A model generated the notes under the pieces. It saw only the letters and a program-made list of their open reading frames with translations. It was not told the origin of the DNA and ran no database searches. Below are positions 41,184-55,306 of a stretch of DNA of 64,000 nucleotides, in pieces; positions within the stretch are counted from its first letter, which is position 1; each line of letters begins with the position of its first letter. Position numbers and translations under genes: made by a program. Source of the DNA: Eledone cirrhosa (Eukaryota); the NCBI GenBank assembly GCA_964016885.1, contig OZ024741.1, positions 14,694,001 through 14,758,000 of the forward strand, in the 5' to 3' direction.

Positions 41184-41293
41184 CCCGCTGATGAAGCAGC
41201 ATAAGCCGATTGTGTATTGTTGCATAATATATGCAGACAGATGGTGCAGTGCACCTTACTGCTGCATTAGTGCTGCAGAAACTCGAGTCCGGG
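41184..41293 (+). ncRNA. Type I hammerhead ribozyme-like motif with ~80-nt stem II domain
   Basis: Stem I CCCG/CGGG; CTGATGA 41188-41194; stem II GCAGCA/TGCTGC; GAAA 41278-41281; palindromic stem III ACTCGAGT; GTC triplet with cleavage predicted after 41289; A.A mismatch at the base of stem II. Confidence 0.78.
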
Positions 41294-41438
41294 AACATTA
41301 TAGGCACCCGATTTACGTGTGCTGTGTTGAGGCAAATAACTATGTGTATACTCTGGTAATGTATCTTACATTGCCCATTGAGTGCGCTGAGATACAACTG
41401 GTACTGGCATTGATAAATATGCTGTGTCCGTCAACCCT

Positions 41439-41488
<50 letters not shown>

Positions 41489-41924
41489 GATACATTTAAA
41501 TACAAGGTAAAGGGGATGGGAACATTTGACGGTAGCATCAGAGAGAATCGAACCCCGAACCTACAATATACTGGCTGACCACACAAGACTACTATGCTAA
41601 GACAAACCAACAGATTTTGACATCAAATGGGAATATTTTACTGGATTAAACCGAAATATTCTTCATACTGGAATGTCCCATAACAATTGACTGATCGGGT
41701 TCAATCATATAACAACAAGTCGATAAATCAGTACAATACTGACAAAAATAGGTGATTCGTTCGATTCCCGTAATCGATACAACCAATTTGTTTTTATATC
41801 TTGTTTAACTTACATTTAAATGAATCATTTATGTTTAAGTTCATAACAACATTCTTAACCGTTACACACACACACACATACCCCTCCCCCCACACACACA
41901 CACACTCTCACCTCTCCCTCTCTA

Positions 41925-42002
<78 letters not shown>

Positions 42003-42010
<8 letters not shown>

Positions 42011-42312
42011 AGATGAGTTGGAAGTAGCACGGAAAATATATTTTAGGGTCTGTTTTTCTTTTTTTATCCTTTCTTTGATTCGTCAAAGTGACATTATTGA
42101 AAATATGACATTATTGAAAACATGAGAGGGACAATTCCTTTAAAAAAAGTTATATAATGTATATAAAGTATATAAAAGAATTCTCCCTCATTTTTTCAAT
42201 AATGTCATCTTTTCAACAATGTCATTTTGACGAATCAAAGAAAGGATAAAAAAAGAAAAACAGACCCTGAAATATATTTTCCGTGCTATTTCCAACTTCA
42301 CCTTCTCTCTCT
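42003..42312. repeat. Long hairpin (~135-bp arms) next to (TA)n(GA)n
   Basis: gttggaagtagcacggaaaatatattttagggtctg... mirrored by ...cagaccctgaaatatattttccgtgctatttccaac. Confidence 0.9.
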
Positions 42313-42343
42313 ATCCACTGGTTTGTATAGAACCTTACTTCCC

Positions 42344-42411
<68 letters not shown>

Positions 42412-42439
42412 GTATAATAAACAATACAATATAATTACT

Positions 42440-42503
42440 TCATTACCAGAGGTTTCCGGAATAAGACGAATGCAAGAAACGTCCTCATTCGTTCGTCAGA
42501 CAA
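42440..42503 (-). ncRNA. Degenerate hammerhead-like motif
   Basis: Minus strand CTGACGA-ACGAATG..CATTCGT-(9 nt)-GAAA-CC-TCT-GGTA; weak stem I; (TA)n 35 nt downstream. Confidence 0.45.
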
Positions 42504-42561
42504 TGCAATTTAAACCATAGTGAAATATTTGAAAAATCTCCTCAGCGGAAACTTCAATACC

Positions 42562-42628
<67 letters not shown>

Positions 42629-43071
42629 CAATGGTTTTTATCTCAAGGAAAAGGCCATTGTTTCACTTTAAAATATAGAGCCCGAGGAGCTAATTTCTAT
42701 CGAAAAGTCATCTTTTTCTGATTTCCCAATTTATCAGCAGAAATCTATAACTTCACCTCTCTATTCACTAATGGTACATTTAAGTAATTAAAAATAGTTA
42801 GATAGTCTTATATTTCGCTCAGATAATGATCTACTGCCCTCCTGGGGCTTATATTTAATTTACTTTCTTATACTATGTTATTTTTATAATTAGTTTTGTG
42901 AATTCATTAATGGTATTCCAAGGAGACAATGGTAACAGAGTAATTTCCCCTTGTTGCCTTTATTGTTTCCATGTCATAGTCGGGTCTTAATGATCCACCA
43001 GGCGCTATTCTATCGATTTAAGTCTAAATTACATCAGTGCTAGATTGTGTTGATTATATTTCCATGATATA

Positions 43072-43262
43072 GGGGCGGTAGATTGGCAGTATCGGTAGAG
43101 GGTCGGACGCCATGCTTCGATGCATAGAGTTACGGCCCTTGCCAATCTGAGTTCAAATCCCGCCGAGGTTAACTTTGCCTTTCATCCTTACGGGGTCGAT
43201 AAAATAAAGTACCAGTAATGCACTGGGTAATTGCTGGCCTTGTGCCTAAAGTAGAAACAATC
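43072..43262 (+). mobile_element. tRNA-derived SINE (octopus OK-like), near full length
   Basis: A-box TGGCAGTATCGG, B-box GAGTTCAAATCC, body GCCGAGGTTAACTTTGCCTTTCATCC..GGGGTCGATAAAATAAAGTACCAG. Confidence 0.88.
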
Positions 43263-44027
43263 ATATTTCCATGAGAATATCTAATCATGAGGCCTAGAGT
43301 TATTAGTGGAAAAGTTAATTTAACTTAACTTAATACTGTTTAATATATCTAATAATAATAATTTGGATAAAACTTGTCGTAGATTGAAACAAAAAATTAA
43401 TTACAATCCTTGTAACATAAAACAAACATGAAATGAAGAAATGATAAGAATAACTTAAGAGAAGATGGAGGTGGAGGGAAGAATGTTAAAATTACAAGAA
43501 TTATAAAATCATGAAATCAGCTAAAAATAATATTAATATTGTATTAAAACAAATTTAAAATTTAATGTAAAGTCAAGTAAAAAAAATTAATAACCATAGT
43601 ATACTTAAAATACGAAATTAAAACATATAAGAGGAAAAGTTAAAGTTATGAGTTATGATCATATATCAATGTTATTAAATATAGCCAAGGCGGGTAAATT
43701 CTTGGGGGAAAAGTATATCTAAAATATATATAAATGAATATATAAGTAAATGAAACTTTCAAGGTTAACAAAGGTCAGAATAATACATATTAAACTCATT
43801 TATACATATTAAGGATGTAATTGACAAAGATGAGTTAAGGTTATAACATATAATAAAATGTATTAATGAAGGTAAGATAACGTGGAAAGATAGTTTCTGG
43901 TGTTTACCAAACAGAAATCAATGTTAAACAGGTGAGAAGATTGAAGGAGTGGTTATAAAGAAGATATGTTATTTTAGTTTGGCTGTCAATCTAGCATAGG
44001 TTTAGTAATTGTTCGAATAATATTGCT

Positions 44028-44458
44028 TGGGGTCATACCATTGGATCTTAAAGGTTAGGGTCATACCATTGTATTATAATGGTTAGGGTCATACCATTGG
44101 ATCTTAAAGGTTAGGGTCATACCATTGGATCGTAATTATTAGGGTCAAACCATTGGATCTTAATGGTTAGGGTCATACCATTGGATCTTAAAGGTTAGAG
44201 TCATACCATTGGATCTTAAAGGTTAGGGTCATGCCATTGTATTATAATGGTTAGGGTCATACCATTGGATCTCAAAGGTTAGGGTCATGCCATTGTATTA
44301 TAATGGTTAGGGTCATACCATTGGATCTTAAAGATTAGGGTCATACCATTGGATCTTAATGGTTAGGGTCATACCATTGGATCTTAATGGTTAGGGTCAT
44401 ACCATTGGATCGTAATGGTTAGGGTCATCCCATTGCCTGATAATGGTTAGGGTCATAC
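44028..44458. repeat. 28-bp minisatellite containing TTAGGG (ttagggtcataccattggatcttaaagg)
   Basis: About 15 tandem copies. Confidence 0.95.
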
Positions 44459-44640
44459 TGATACTTCTCAGGGCATAATCACTTTAAAAACCTTGTAAAG
44501 ACATTTAGTGTTGTTTGTGTCCTTGTGACATCATTTGTGTGACAATTGTAAACTCTGTTGTATTATCTAATGTGTCAGGTGTCAGGTTGACACTGGGTAT
44601 GGTTTGGGGAAGAGGAAGACTTCAAAGGAAGTTTCAAATA

Positions 44641-45072
44641 ATAATGGTTTCTGATTCAGGCCCAAAGCCAGCAATTTGAAAGGAAGCGGGAAATTCAATT
44701 AAATCGACCCCAGTGCATTACTGGTGCTTTATTTTATCGACCCCATAAGGATGAAGGGCAAAGCTAACCTCGGCGGGATTTGAACTCAGAAGTTAAAGGG
44801 CCGTAACTCTATGCCCCTAAACATATTGTCCGACGCACTCTCCATACTATCAATAAATAATAATAATAATGGTTTCTATATTTCATACAAGGCTAGCAAT
44901 TTCAAGAGGAGGAAAAAGTCGATTAAATCACCCCAGTGTGTTACTGGTACTTTATTTTATGGACCCCATAAGGATGAAGGTAAAGCTCACCTCGGCTGGA
45001 TTTGAACTCAGAAGTTAAAGGGGTGTAACTCTATGCTGCAAAGCATATTGTCTGATGCTCTGCCGATTACTG
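44641..45072 (-). mobile_element. Two tandem OK-like SINE copies (~44641-44854 and ~44868-45072)
   Basis: Each has ggatttgaactcag (B-box reverse complement) and the same body as 43072-43262, separated by (AAT)n. Confidence 0.85.
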
Positions 45073-45189
45073 TTAAATAATAATAATAATAAACTGAATA
45101 GTAAATAACAACAACACTCATTTTCAAATTAGTTTTAACGCATTTATTTATTTGCTGTAGTTATAGTTTACTGTTGTGTAGTTGTAGTT

Positions 45190-45900
45190 ATTATTGTTTA
45201 GCCCTAGGTCAGTTCGCATTGAGCAGACCTAAAACGCTTTCCAGCCGTGACCATCACATTTTTTTTATTATATATACTGCGTGTCTAGAATCACATTATT
45301 GAATGTGTCCTTACATTTTAAAGACAGTAGGATGTGATTTTGAGAGATATTTTGGCTGCTATTTCTAGCAGTTTAGCTAATCATTTAGAGGCTCTATTTG
45401 TTGGTATTGGTATTAATGTTATTGTTGTTTAGCCTCAGGTCAGACCTGGTTGAGTAGACCTATGATCAGAATTCCTTCTGTCCTTGACCATCACGTCCTT
45501 TTGTATGTCATTGTCCAATATGTCCTTCCTTTGTTAAGACAGTAGTGTGCAATTTAAGGGAAATTTGGCTGCTATTTCTAGCTACCACTCAGAGACTCTC
45601 TTGTTGGTTCTCTTGTTGCTGTTGTTTGTATAGTGATGATGTTAGTGATACTGATAATGATTGTAGTCTTTGTGTTGATGATGTTGATGATGTTTTGTGT
45701 TGTTTAACCCCAGGTCAGCGCCGATCAAGCAACCCTATGATAAAAGCCGTTCCAGTTATGACCCACACAGTTATTCTGTATCTCAAGTATTCCAGTGTTT
45801 GACGAGTCATTCCGCTTTTTTTTTTTGTTTTTATAAGAATCTAGGTTACAATTTGAGGGCCATTTGCCTGCTTTTTCTAACGGATCAATTGATCACATTT
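45190..45900. repeat. Three diverged ~200-bp dispersed/tandem repeats
   Basis: ttgttta(g/a)cc..aggtcag ... gctatttctagc motif at ~45195, ~45425 and ~45700. Confidence 0.6.
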
Positions 45901-46791
45901 GGTGTTGGTTTGGTTGTTGGTGTTGTTGGTGGTGATGATGGTGGTAACCATGATTTTGTGGCTATAGGAAAACACTCCTGAATTTTGTTTCTTTGTCAAT
46001 GAAGTTTATGGAGAGAGATTTATAAAGGGATTTGTGAAGGGAGTTTTGTTGAGTAGGGTTTATAGGAAGGAAATTGTCGGGAGGGTTTTTGTAGAGAAGG
46101 TTTTTGTAGGGTGGCATTTATAGAAACAAGTTCTTAAATTGGAAATTGTAGAGTGAGATTTATAAAGAGTCGTTTATAGAACAGGCTATGAAGCGCTGTG
46201 AGGTGTCTGTAAAGGAAGAACTTTCTTTGGAACAGAACAGAGCTTATGTGGAGGAGATGCGACTTTGTGATTTTACTGTGAAATCTGGATGTTCTAATGT
46301 TTGTAGATATTAATAAGCCCCGATTTGAATCTATAAAGTAATGCTAGTGATGGTGGCTGTGTTTGAGGCCAGCGACCACATGGACTTGTACACACATCAT
46401 AGAGCAGCTTTTACTTCTCCATCCATAATCCCTTAAAATATTACCTAGGGGTAAACTATGGTTAATCACCAGCATCACCATCAGCAGTTTTCTTAACCAA
46501 CCCCATCTCCATCATCGTCACCATCATCATCATCATCATCATTATCATCATCGTCATCACCACCATCAAATTCATCGCGATCATCATCATCATCATTATC
46601 ACCACCACCAACATCATCCTAATCATCAGCATTATTATCATGCTCATTGCCACAATAATCACTATCATCATCATCATCATCATCATTATTTCTTTCATAT
46701 AATAATAATATAATAATAATATTAATTATAATTATTGTTTTTGAGTGTTTTTTTCGTGTGTTTAATAATTATATACATACACACAAATATG

Positions 46792-46833
<42 letters not shown>

Positions 46834-46846
46834 AATATATATATAG

Positions 46847-46909
<63 letters not shown>

Positions 46910-47139
46910 TATGCATATATACATATATATATATGCAAATATACATATATATATGCGCATGCATATATTTATATATATGTGTAAATATATAGATATACAT
47001 ATACACATATATATTTATATATATATACATATACATGCTTATATATGTATATATATGTACATATATATATACATATATATATACACAAACACACACACAA
47101 ATGTATATACATACATATATATAAGTTTATATATATGTT

Positions 47140-47250
<111 letters not shown>

Positions 47251-47325
47251 TACATATATACATATATACATATTATTTTGTATTGTGATGAAAGGTATCC
47301 TTTTAAAATCATATCAAATAGTTCA

Positions 47326-47496
47326 TCATCCAGAATGATCAAGAGCCAAGCCGTGACTTCTGGCTATATCAGAACTATCGTCTTCCAAGTCTGAAGTGCC
47401 TTCCAGTTCCTCAGCTTGTTCTTGTTTCTTTTTAGCTGATGCCATTTCTGCCGCGTGCCGCTTGCGCCATTTCGTGCGACGATTTTGGAACCAAAC
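47326..47496 (-). CDS. NKX6: Terminal coding exon of an NK6-family homeobox gene (helix 3 and C-terminal tail)
   Basis: Acceptor ttgtttatAG at 47497-47498, phase 0; reads [59 protein letters not shown](R/K)HAAEMA(S/T)AKKKQ is diagnostic of Nkx6/HGTX. Confidence 0.93.
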   Translation of the reverse strand, partial: VWFQNRRTKWRKRHAAEMASAKKKQEQAEELEGTSDLEDDSSDIARSHGLALDHSG

Positions 47497-47648
47497 CTAT
47501 AAACAAGAAAACAGGAAAAAGAAACTATTAGAGTTATGTGTAAAGAAGTGTTGTGTGAATGATATGGTAGGAAGAATTATACAGTTCTAAGAACACTTAT
47601 AGTCATCTTGGCTTGTGTATGCTTGTATGTATTTACATTATAATCACA

Positions 47649-48272
47649 CTAGCCGAATTACCCGCGCCTTGCTGCGTTTCACACATGTTTTCTTTTGTAA
47701 GAAAATGATGATTGCTTTTAAATCAGTGATAACATTTATGGAGAAAAACTCAATGTAAAATGTAATGCATGAAAAATTGGAAGACATTATTTTTTGTAAT
47801 ATATCAAATCAAAATTACATTATTAAATCTTATTCTTATTTTTCAAAATTCAAAACTTTTGTGAATAGGCATCATATCTTGTCATTTACCTATGGTTTAA
47901 ATTTCATATAAATCGAAGGGAAAACATTTTCAGCGGCGGTTTGTGCTCCCGGGGAACCCTAATAGGGGGTTTAACCCACCTTAGGGTATATGAAATTTGC
48001 TGAAAGTTTGTGAATAATCATCATATCTTGTCTTTTACCTATGGTTTAAATTTCATATAAATCGAAGGGAAAACATTTTCAGTGGGAGTTTTCAGCGGGA
48101 GTTTGTGCCCCCGGGGAACCCTTTGATTGAAATGAAATATACTTATCCAAGTACCCTGGGCAATGTAGTTTCAGAATATATATGGTTATGGGGGGGGGGG
48201 GGTCTATTTCCAAAACTATAGGAGGAGTTCGTGAACAAACAAACAGACAGGAATACAACTTATATATATAGA
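47649..48272 (-). mobile_element. Non-autonomous Helitron-like element
   Basis: Minus strand begins TCTATATATATAA followed by a (TGTT) run; ends with a GC hairpin then CTAG|T; internal ~150-bp-period duplication. Confidence 0.7.
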
Positions 48273-48294
48273 CATGTGATTGAAATAACAGGAA

Positions 48295-48335
48295 AAGAGC
48301 TTAAGGTTTCGGACACTAGTCCCTCATCAGAAGAT
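48295..48335 (-). ncRNA. Minimal hammerhead core (stems I and III not intact)
   Basis: CTGATGA-G-GGAC-TAGT-GTCC-GAAAC-CTTAAG. Confidence 0.5.
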
Positions 48336-48394
48336 ATAATTAGAAATATAAGATAAAATAGAAAGATAAAGGGTGAGAAGAGGAAGAAACGGAT

Positions 48395-48428
<34 letters not shown>

Positions 48429-48447
48429 TCACACACACACATATATG

Positions 48448-48482
<35 letters not shown>

Positions 48483-48664
48483 ATGTGTGTGTACGTAAGT
48501 GTATGATCTTTTCGTTTTACTTAAAAAAATATTTTTCTACCAATAGAGGGAGCCAGTTTCTACCACAGAAATAAGACACTTTCATTGGAATTTAGACATC
48601 AAATAGGTAAATATATATATATATATATACATGTATATTTATGTTGTGTGTGTGTGTGTGTGTG

Positions 48665-49185
48665 TTTTGCTTGTGTGCAGGTATGGATGTTATTGTAAGG
48701 GTGGATCTGTATGTGTTGAGTTATATGTTAACACGTGCATATATTTCTTTAGCTATACAGGTGTACATGCAGTTATAACTTGAATTTCTGAAATGTTTTA
48801 CATATTCTTACAGTTCCATTAATGGATTGTATTTGCACCTTCCTATCTCTGCCGACGGGTTCTGGTTCTATGAAACCTATCTTCTCAAAGTTTGTATTGA
48901 GGCAGTTACTAACATATCCCAGCGCCCCAATAAATACAGGTATAAATCTGAAGGTGTAATCAGGGTGGAGTATCTGCAAATTTCTCATTAGTTCTACATA
49001 GATATTCTCCTTTTCGCTAATCTTTGATATTATATTGACATCTGCTGGGCAGCTAACTTCCACTACTGTGCATGCTTTCTTCTCCCTGTCCCATATCATA
49101 ATATCTGGTCTGTTATGCCTGCATTTTATTGGGGTTTTTACTGGAACATTCCACCAGTACTCTTTCATATTATGTATGTACATGT
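48665..49185 (-). mobile_element. R4/Dong-like non-LTR element 3' end: restriction-like endonuclease domain plus 3'UTR ending in (CA)n
   Basis: RHNRPDIMIWD..VVEVSCP..EKENIY..IPVFIGALG is a PD-(D/E)xK RLE signature; stop at 48773. Confidence 0.85.
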
Positions 49186-49291
49186 CTTCCACATCTCTGT
49201 AAATATTTATAAGTTTATTATTTTGTATAAAACTAATAATATATGTCTTCATTGTACTGTGTCGTTTGCTTTGTTATTTCTATTTGCCTTC

Positions 49292-49325
<34 letters not shown>

Positions 49326-49471
49326 GTCCATAGAATCATTAGATAAAATATATACAGTATTTCTTATATATATATATATATATATGTAGGAGGTGAGTTT
49401 TATTGTAGTACAATAAAGCAATGCAGACATCGGATAAGAAGCACTCTACAGTTTGTAGGACTGGAGTATAC

Positions 49472-50558
49472 ATAATATAAGATCAAAAGATGGTTAAAGG
49501 AGTTCCATGTATTTTATTATGCGCATTTCAATACTTGTTTACTCATTACCCTCTTTCTATCTTCACCTTGTAAAATCCTTCATAACATATACATTTGTTT
49601 TTTTGACGTTAGAATATTCATCCGCAATTATTATTATTTTTTCTCTCTATCATAAAACTTTTTAATCTCAATTTCATCCTTAATTTATTATTTTTTCTCC
49701 CCATCAACGAACTCATTCTTAATACATATTAACTCTTTATTCGCACATATTATCAATTCCTTCAATATACAAACTTTAACTTCACATTATTTTTCTCAAA
49801 TCCTTCTACACACAAACCTTAATAATTTTTTCTCTTCGTTAATTTTGAAACTGCCACAATACTTATCAACATACACATTTTTTTGACGTTAGAATATTCA
49901 TCCACAATTATTATTTTTTCTCTCTATCTTCATACATAAATTCCCTTCGTTAATTTTCAAATTCTTTTAATTTATACATTATCTTCCAACGGTTCTCAAC
50001 CTCTCTATGAAAAACAATATATCTTTTCTCAGTTATAAAAACTATCTCTTTCTCTCTATCACCCATCTCTCCCTCTCCACCTTCACTCTCATCTCCTCCC
50101 CCTTTTTTCATCCTTTCCACCCACCCCCCTCCCTAAATAAAATATTTTTTCCTCGTACATATCTTCCCATCGTTAATTTTCAAATTCTTTTAATTTATAC
50201 ATTATCTTCCAACGGTTTTCAACCTCTCTATGTAAAACAATATATCTTCCCTCAGTTATAAAAACTATCTCTTTCTCTCTATCACCCATCTCTCCCTCTC
50301 ATCTCCTCCCCTTTTTCATCCTTTCCACCCCCCCTCTCTAAATAAAATATTTTTCCCAATATCACACATCAATCTAAAACCACTTTTCATATGTTGATTT
50401 AAAACTGCACTATCAACAAGTGTTTTTTAGCCTTCATATCATGTTCGCCTGTTTTATCTGATGAAAACACAAATATTATTGCATGATGATGTTTGTTTTT
50501 GAAATGCGCATAATAAAATATATGGAACTCCTTTAACAATCTTTTGATCTTATATTAT
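49472..50558 (+). mobile_element. Non-coding Penelope-LTR/retrozyme-like unit bounded by 60-bp inverted repeats
   Basis: 49472-49531 is the reverse complement of 50499-50558 (2 mismatches); pyrimidine-rich interior with internal duplications; hammerhead at the 3' end. Confidence 0.65.
50452..50518 (+). ncRNA. Type I hammerhead ribozyme motif, all core positions intact
   Basis: Stem I TTTTAT/ATAAAA; CTGATGA 50458-50464; AU-rich stem II; GAAA 50501-50504; palindromic stem III ATGCGCAT; ATA triplet with cleavage predicted after 50512. Confidence 0.78.
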
Positions 50559-50704
50559 ATAAATATATATATATATATTTACTTATTTTTACAGTTCCAT
50601 GAATGGATTGTAGCTGCACATATGTATGTCTGTTTGCATGTATGTATGTACGTGTATATGTGTGTATTTACATACATTCACATACACATATGTATATATG
50701 TACA

Positions 50705-50739
<35 letters not shown>

Positions 50740-51139
50740 GTGTGTGTGTATGTGTGTGTTTGTGTGTGTTTAAAGAGAGAGAGAAAGAAAGAGAGAGAGA
50801 CAGAGATAGCCTGCGAGAGAATAATAGCATCATCTATCGATAAATAGATTTCTAGTGATCAATAGATATATCAATAGGGACATATAATACACTGTTCGAG
50901 AATACCATGTACACCACGTGATACAGTAGATGTATATGTATGATTCGTATAGTGTATATATATATATATATCGTATAATGTGTATATATATCGTATAATG
51001 TATATATATATCGTATAATGTATATATATATATATCGTATAATGTATATATATATCGTATAATGTGTATATATATCGTATAATGTGTATATATATCGTAT
51101 AATGTGTATATATATCGTATAATGTATATATATCGTATA

Positions 51140-51189
<50 letters not shown>

Positions 51190-51486
51190 CAACTAGAAAT
51201 TGATTAACATATAAATAAACATATGAAACAATCACAGGGGATAATTTTTACAAGTGTGTAAGCACACATAGCTAGGTAGGTAACTAAATAAAGTTAACTA
51301 GAACTTCAAAAATAGATACCTTATAATATGATTAATCTTCCCTGTATATATTCCATTAAAGAAATATATTTCACCAATTAATCGAATGGTAAACCACGGA
51401 GGCCGATACTTGGATTTTCAACAAGGAAGAAGTCCAGCGATCTGTGTTTTTGATTTAGATTAAATTCATTTGATTTATCTTAATTT

Positions 51487-51539
<53 letters not shown>

Positions 51540-51543
51540 TATA

Positions 51544-51585
<42 letters not shown>

Positions 51586-51589
51586 TATA

Positions 51590-51631
<42 letters not shown>

Positions 51632-51635
51632 TATA

Positions 51636-51713
<78 letters not shown>

Positions 51714-52175
51714 TATAATGCATATATATATATCGTATAATGTATATACATGTCGTATAATGTGTATATATATCGTATAATGTGTATATATATCGTATAA
51801 TGTATATACGGAAATATGTGCACACGCACACACACTAATATATAAATCTGCATGTGTATGTGTGAGTAGGTTGGTGATGTGTTTGTGTGTGTAGGTTGGT
51901 GATGTGTATGTGTGTGGGGGTTGGGGATGTGTATGTGTGTATAGGTTGGTGATGTGTATGTGTACCTGTGTGTTTATGCGTCTGTGTATGTGTGTGTGTG
52001 GGGGGGGGGTTGAATCTGACGTCCAAATATTGAATGTGGTAATTTATATACACGTTTACGCAGTCGAGTTTATTTGATGTGTGTATGTGCGTGTGTGTTT
52101 GTGTTTGTATATATATACCTCATATATGTTTAGATGTATATATCATATCTATATCTATCTATCTATATATATATA

Positions 52176-52208
<33 letters not shown>

Positions 52209-52334
52209 ATTAAAACGTGAAGGTGAAAATACACAGAAGTATATTTAAAGATTATTTTTTCTTTAATCCGACATTTTTATAATTGTTGCATTAAATATAA
52301 CTGGTTTCGATTGGTTGAACAATTTTATCAAATA

Positions 52335-53340
52335 CTAGCAGTAAAGCCCGGCGTTGCTCGGGGTCGCTCAGTAGCTGTGTTAAAGTTACAATGTTAAGTT
52401 TCTTTCTTGGCTTAAAAACTGTAGTGTCTACTGAGCAGACTTGCATGTGGTGTTTTTGATTAATATTCCCTCAACCAACAATATGCCTTATGAAGTTAAG
52501 AAAACATAACGATAACCCGAATGTGATAACAAAAGAGGATGCTGGGGATAGAAACTGCACTGGTTATTTATTAGCAAAGATCGAAAATGTAAACACTGCA
52601 ACGCAGAGAAAAACATTAGCGTAACCAAATTATCAGTTATGTCTGTCTGCACGCCTATATCACCTCTCTGCACGACTGTCTGTCTGCACGCCTATATCAC
52701 CTCTCTGCACGACTGTCTGTCTGCACGCCTATATCACCTCTCTGCACGACTGTCTGTCTGCACGCCTATATCACCTCTCTGCACGACTGTCTGTCTGCAC
52801 GCCTATATCACCTCTCTGCACGACTGTCTGTCTGCACGCCTATATCACCTCTCTGCACGACTGTCTGTCTGCACGCCTAACGACGAAATATTTGCTTGTT
52901 TTACGTAGTCTTTAAATAGACTTGTTTTCAAGTAAAAATATTGTTTTAAAATGCTTTTAAATGGAAATGAAGCAAAACGGAAGCTTAGTGTTCGAACTGA
53001 TGAATTTTGCAGGTCAATATTTTGCTGGCTCGACAACTGTTCGTGTATTGTGTTAATGTCATTTTAAACGCTGAGAAAGCCAGCGTAATTTTTTACGTAA
53101 GACGCTCAATGTAAACAGAACAAAGGGAAATAACTGATAACTTACGCTCAAAAATCGATACATTATATTCGATTTCGTCACATAGGGTGGGTCAATTTGA
53201 AATATTTTTTTTCCGATGTCTTCGCTAGGGCTGAATGTACAAGTATAGCAATTTCGGTGCAATTCCGTGAGAGATTCTAAGAGGAGATGTGTGCCAAAAA
53301 TCGATAGACAGACAGACAACCACAGTTTTATATATATAGA
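52335..53340 (-). mobile_element. Non-autonomous Helitron
   Basis: A|TC 5' end, (TGTC)n near the 5' end, hairpin CCCGAGC-AAC-GCCGGG 8 nt before CTAG|T; no TSD. Confidence 0.85.
52640..52878. repeat. 37-bp perfect minisatellite inside the Helitron
   Basis: tgtctgtctgcacgcctatatcacctctctgcacgac, ~6.4 copies. Confidence 0.95.
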
Positions 53341-53399
53341 TTAGATGTTAAATATTGAATATCTAAAAAATGTTTTTACATGTATTCTGTGAGCGGTTC

Positions 53400-54583
<1,184 letters not shown>

Positions 54584-55270
54584 ATGTTATATATATGTAT
54601 GTATATACGTGTTTGGTGATAGAAATTAATCCGTTTCCTGATTCAATACTTCGATCTCAATGAGCCAGTTTTTATTGAGCCTCAGTTTACAATAAAAGAT
54701 CCTTGCCCGAGGGGCTATAGACAGGACCCGGCCGTAAAGAGCCATGTGATGAGTACACAAACATTTCATCGCTTATGGCATCTTCATGTTCGCTGTAGAC
54801 CACGTGGTGCGGTCCACATATAGAAAGTGTGTGTATGGGGGGGGGGGGGGGGCTGTGTGTGAATGTGTGTGAGTGCTCTGTGTGTGTGTATGTGTGTATG
54901 TGTGTATGTGTGTGCTCTGTGTGTGTGTGTGTGCTGTGTGTGTTATGTGTGTGTGTGCTCTGTGTGTGTGTGTGTGAGTGCTATGTGTGTGTACGTGTGT
55001 GTATGTGTGTGTGTATGTTTGTGTGTGTGCGTGTGTTTGTATGTGTGTGGGTGTGTTTGTATGTGTGTGTGTTTGTATGTATATGTGTGTGTGTGTGTGT
55101 ATATGTGTGTGTGTATATATGTGTGTGTGTATGTGTGTGTGTGTGTGTGTTTGTATGTGTGTGTGTGTGTTTGAGTGTGTGTGTGTGTGTGTATGTCAGT
55201 GACCGTGCGACTGTAGAACAATTAAATTTAGCCTCATGCAATCGGACATATATTTAAGTATTCACATTCG

Positions 55271-55306
<36 letters not shown>

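Noticed and set aside
41530-41600. tRNA-like B-box on the minus strand
   Set aside because: No cloverleaf; probably a SINE remnant.
47396-47590. Plus-strand 64-aa ORF
   Set aside because: Antisense shadow of the Nkx6 exon.
52997-53040. CTGATGA inside the Helitron (and at ~55532 in the LINE)
   Set aside because: No matching stems or GAAA-NUH; the second is simply the ADD codons.
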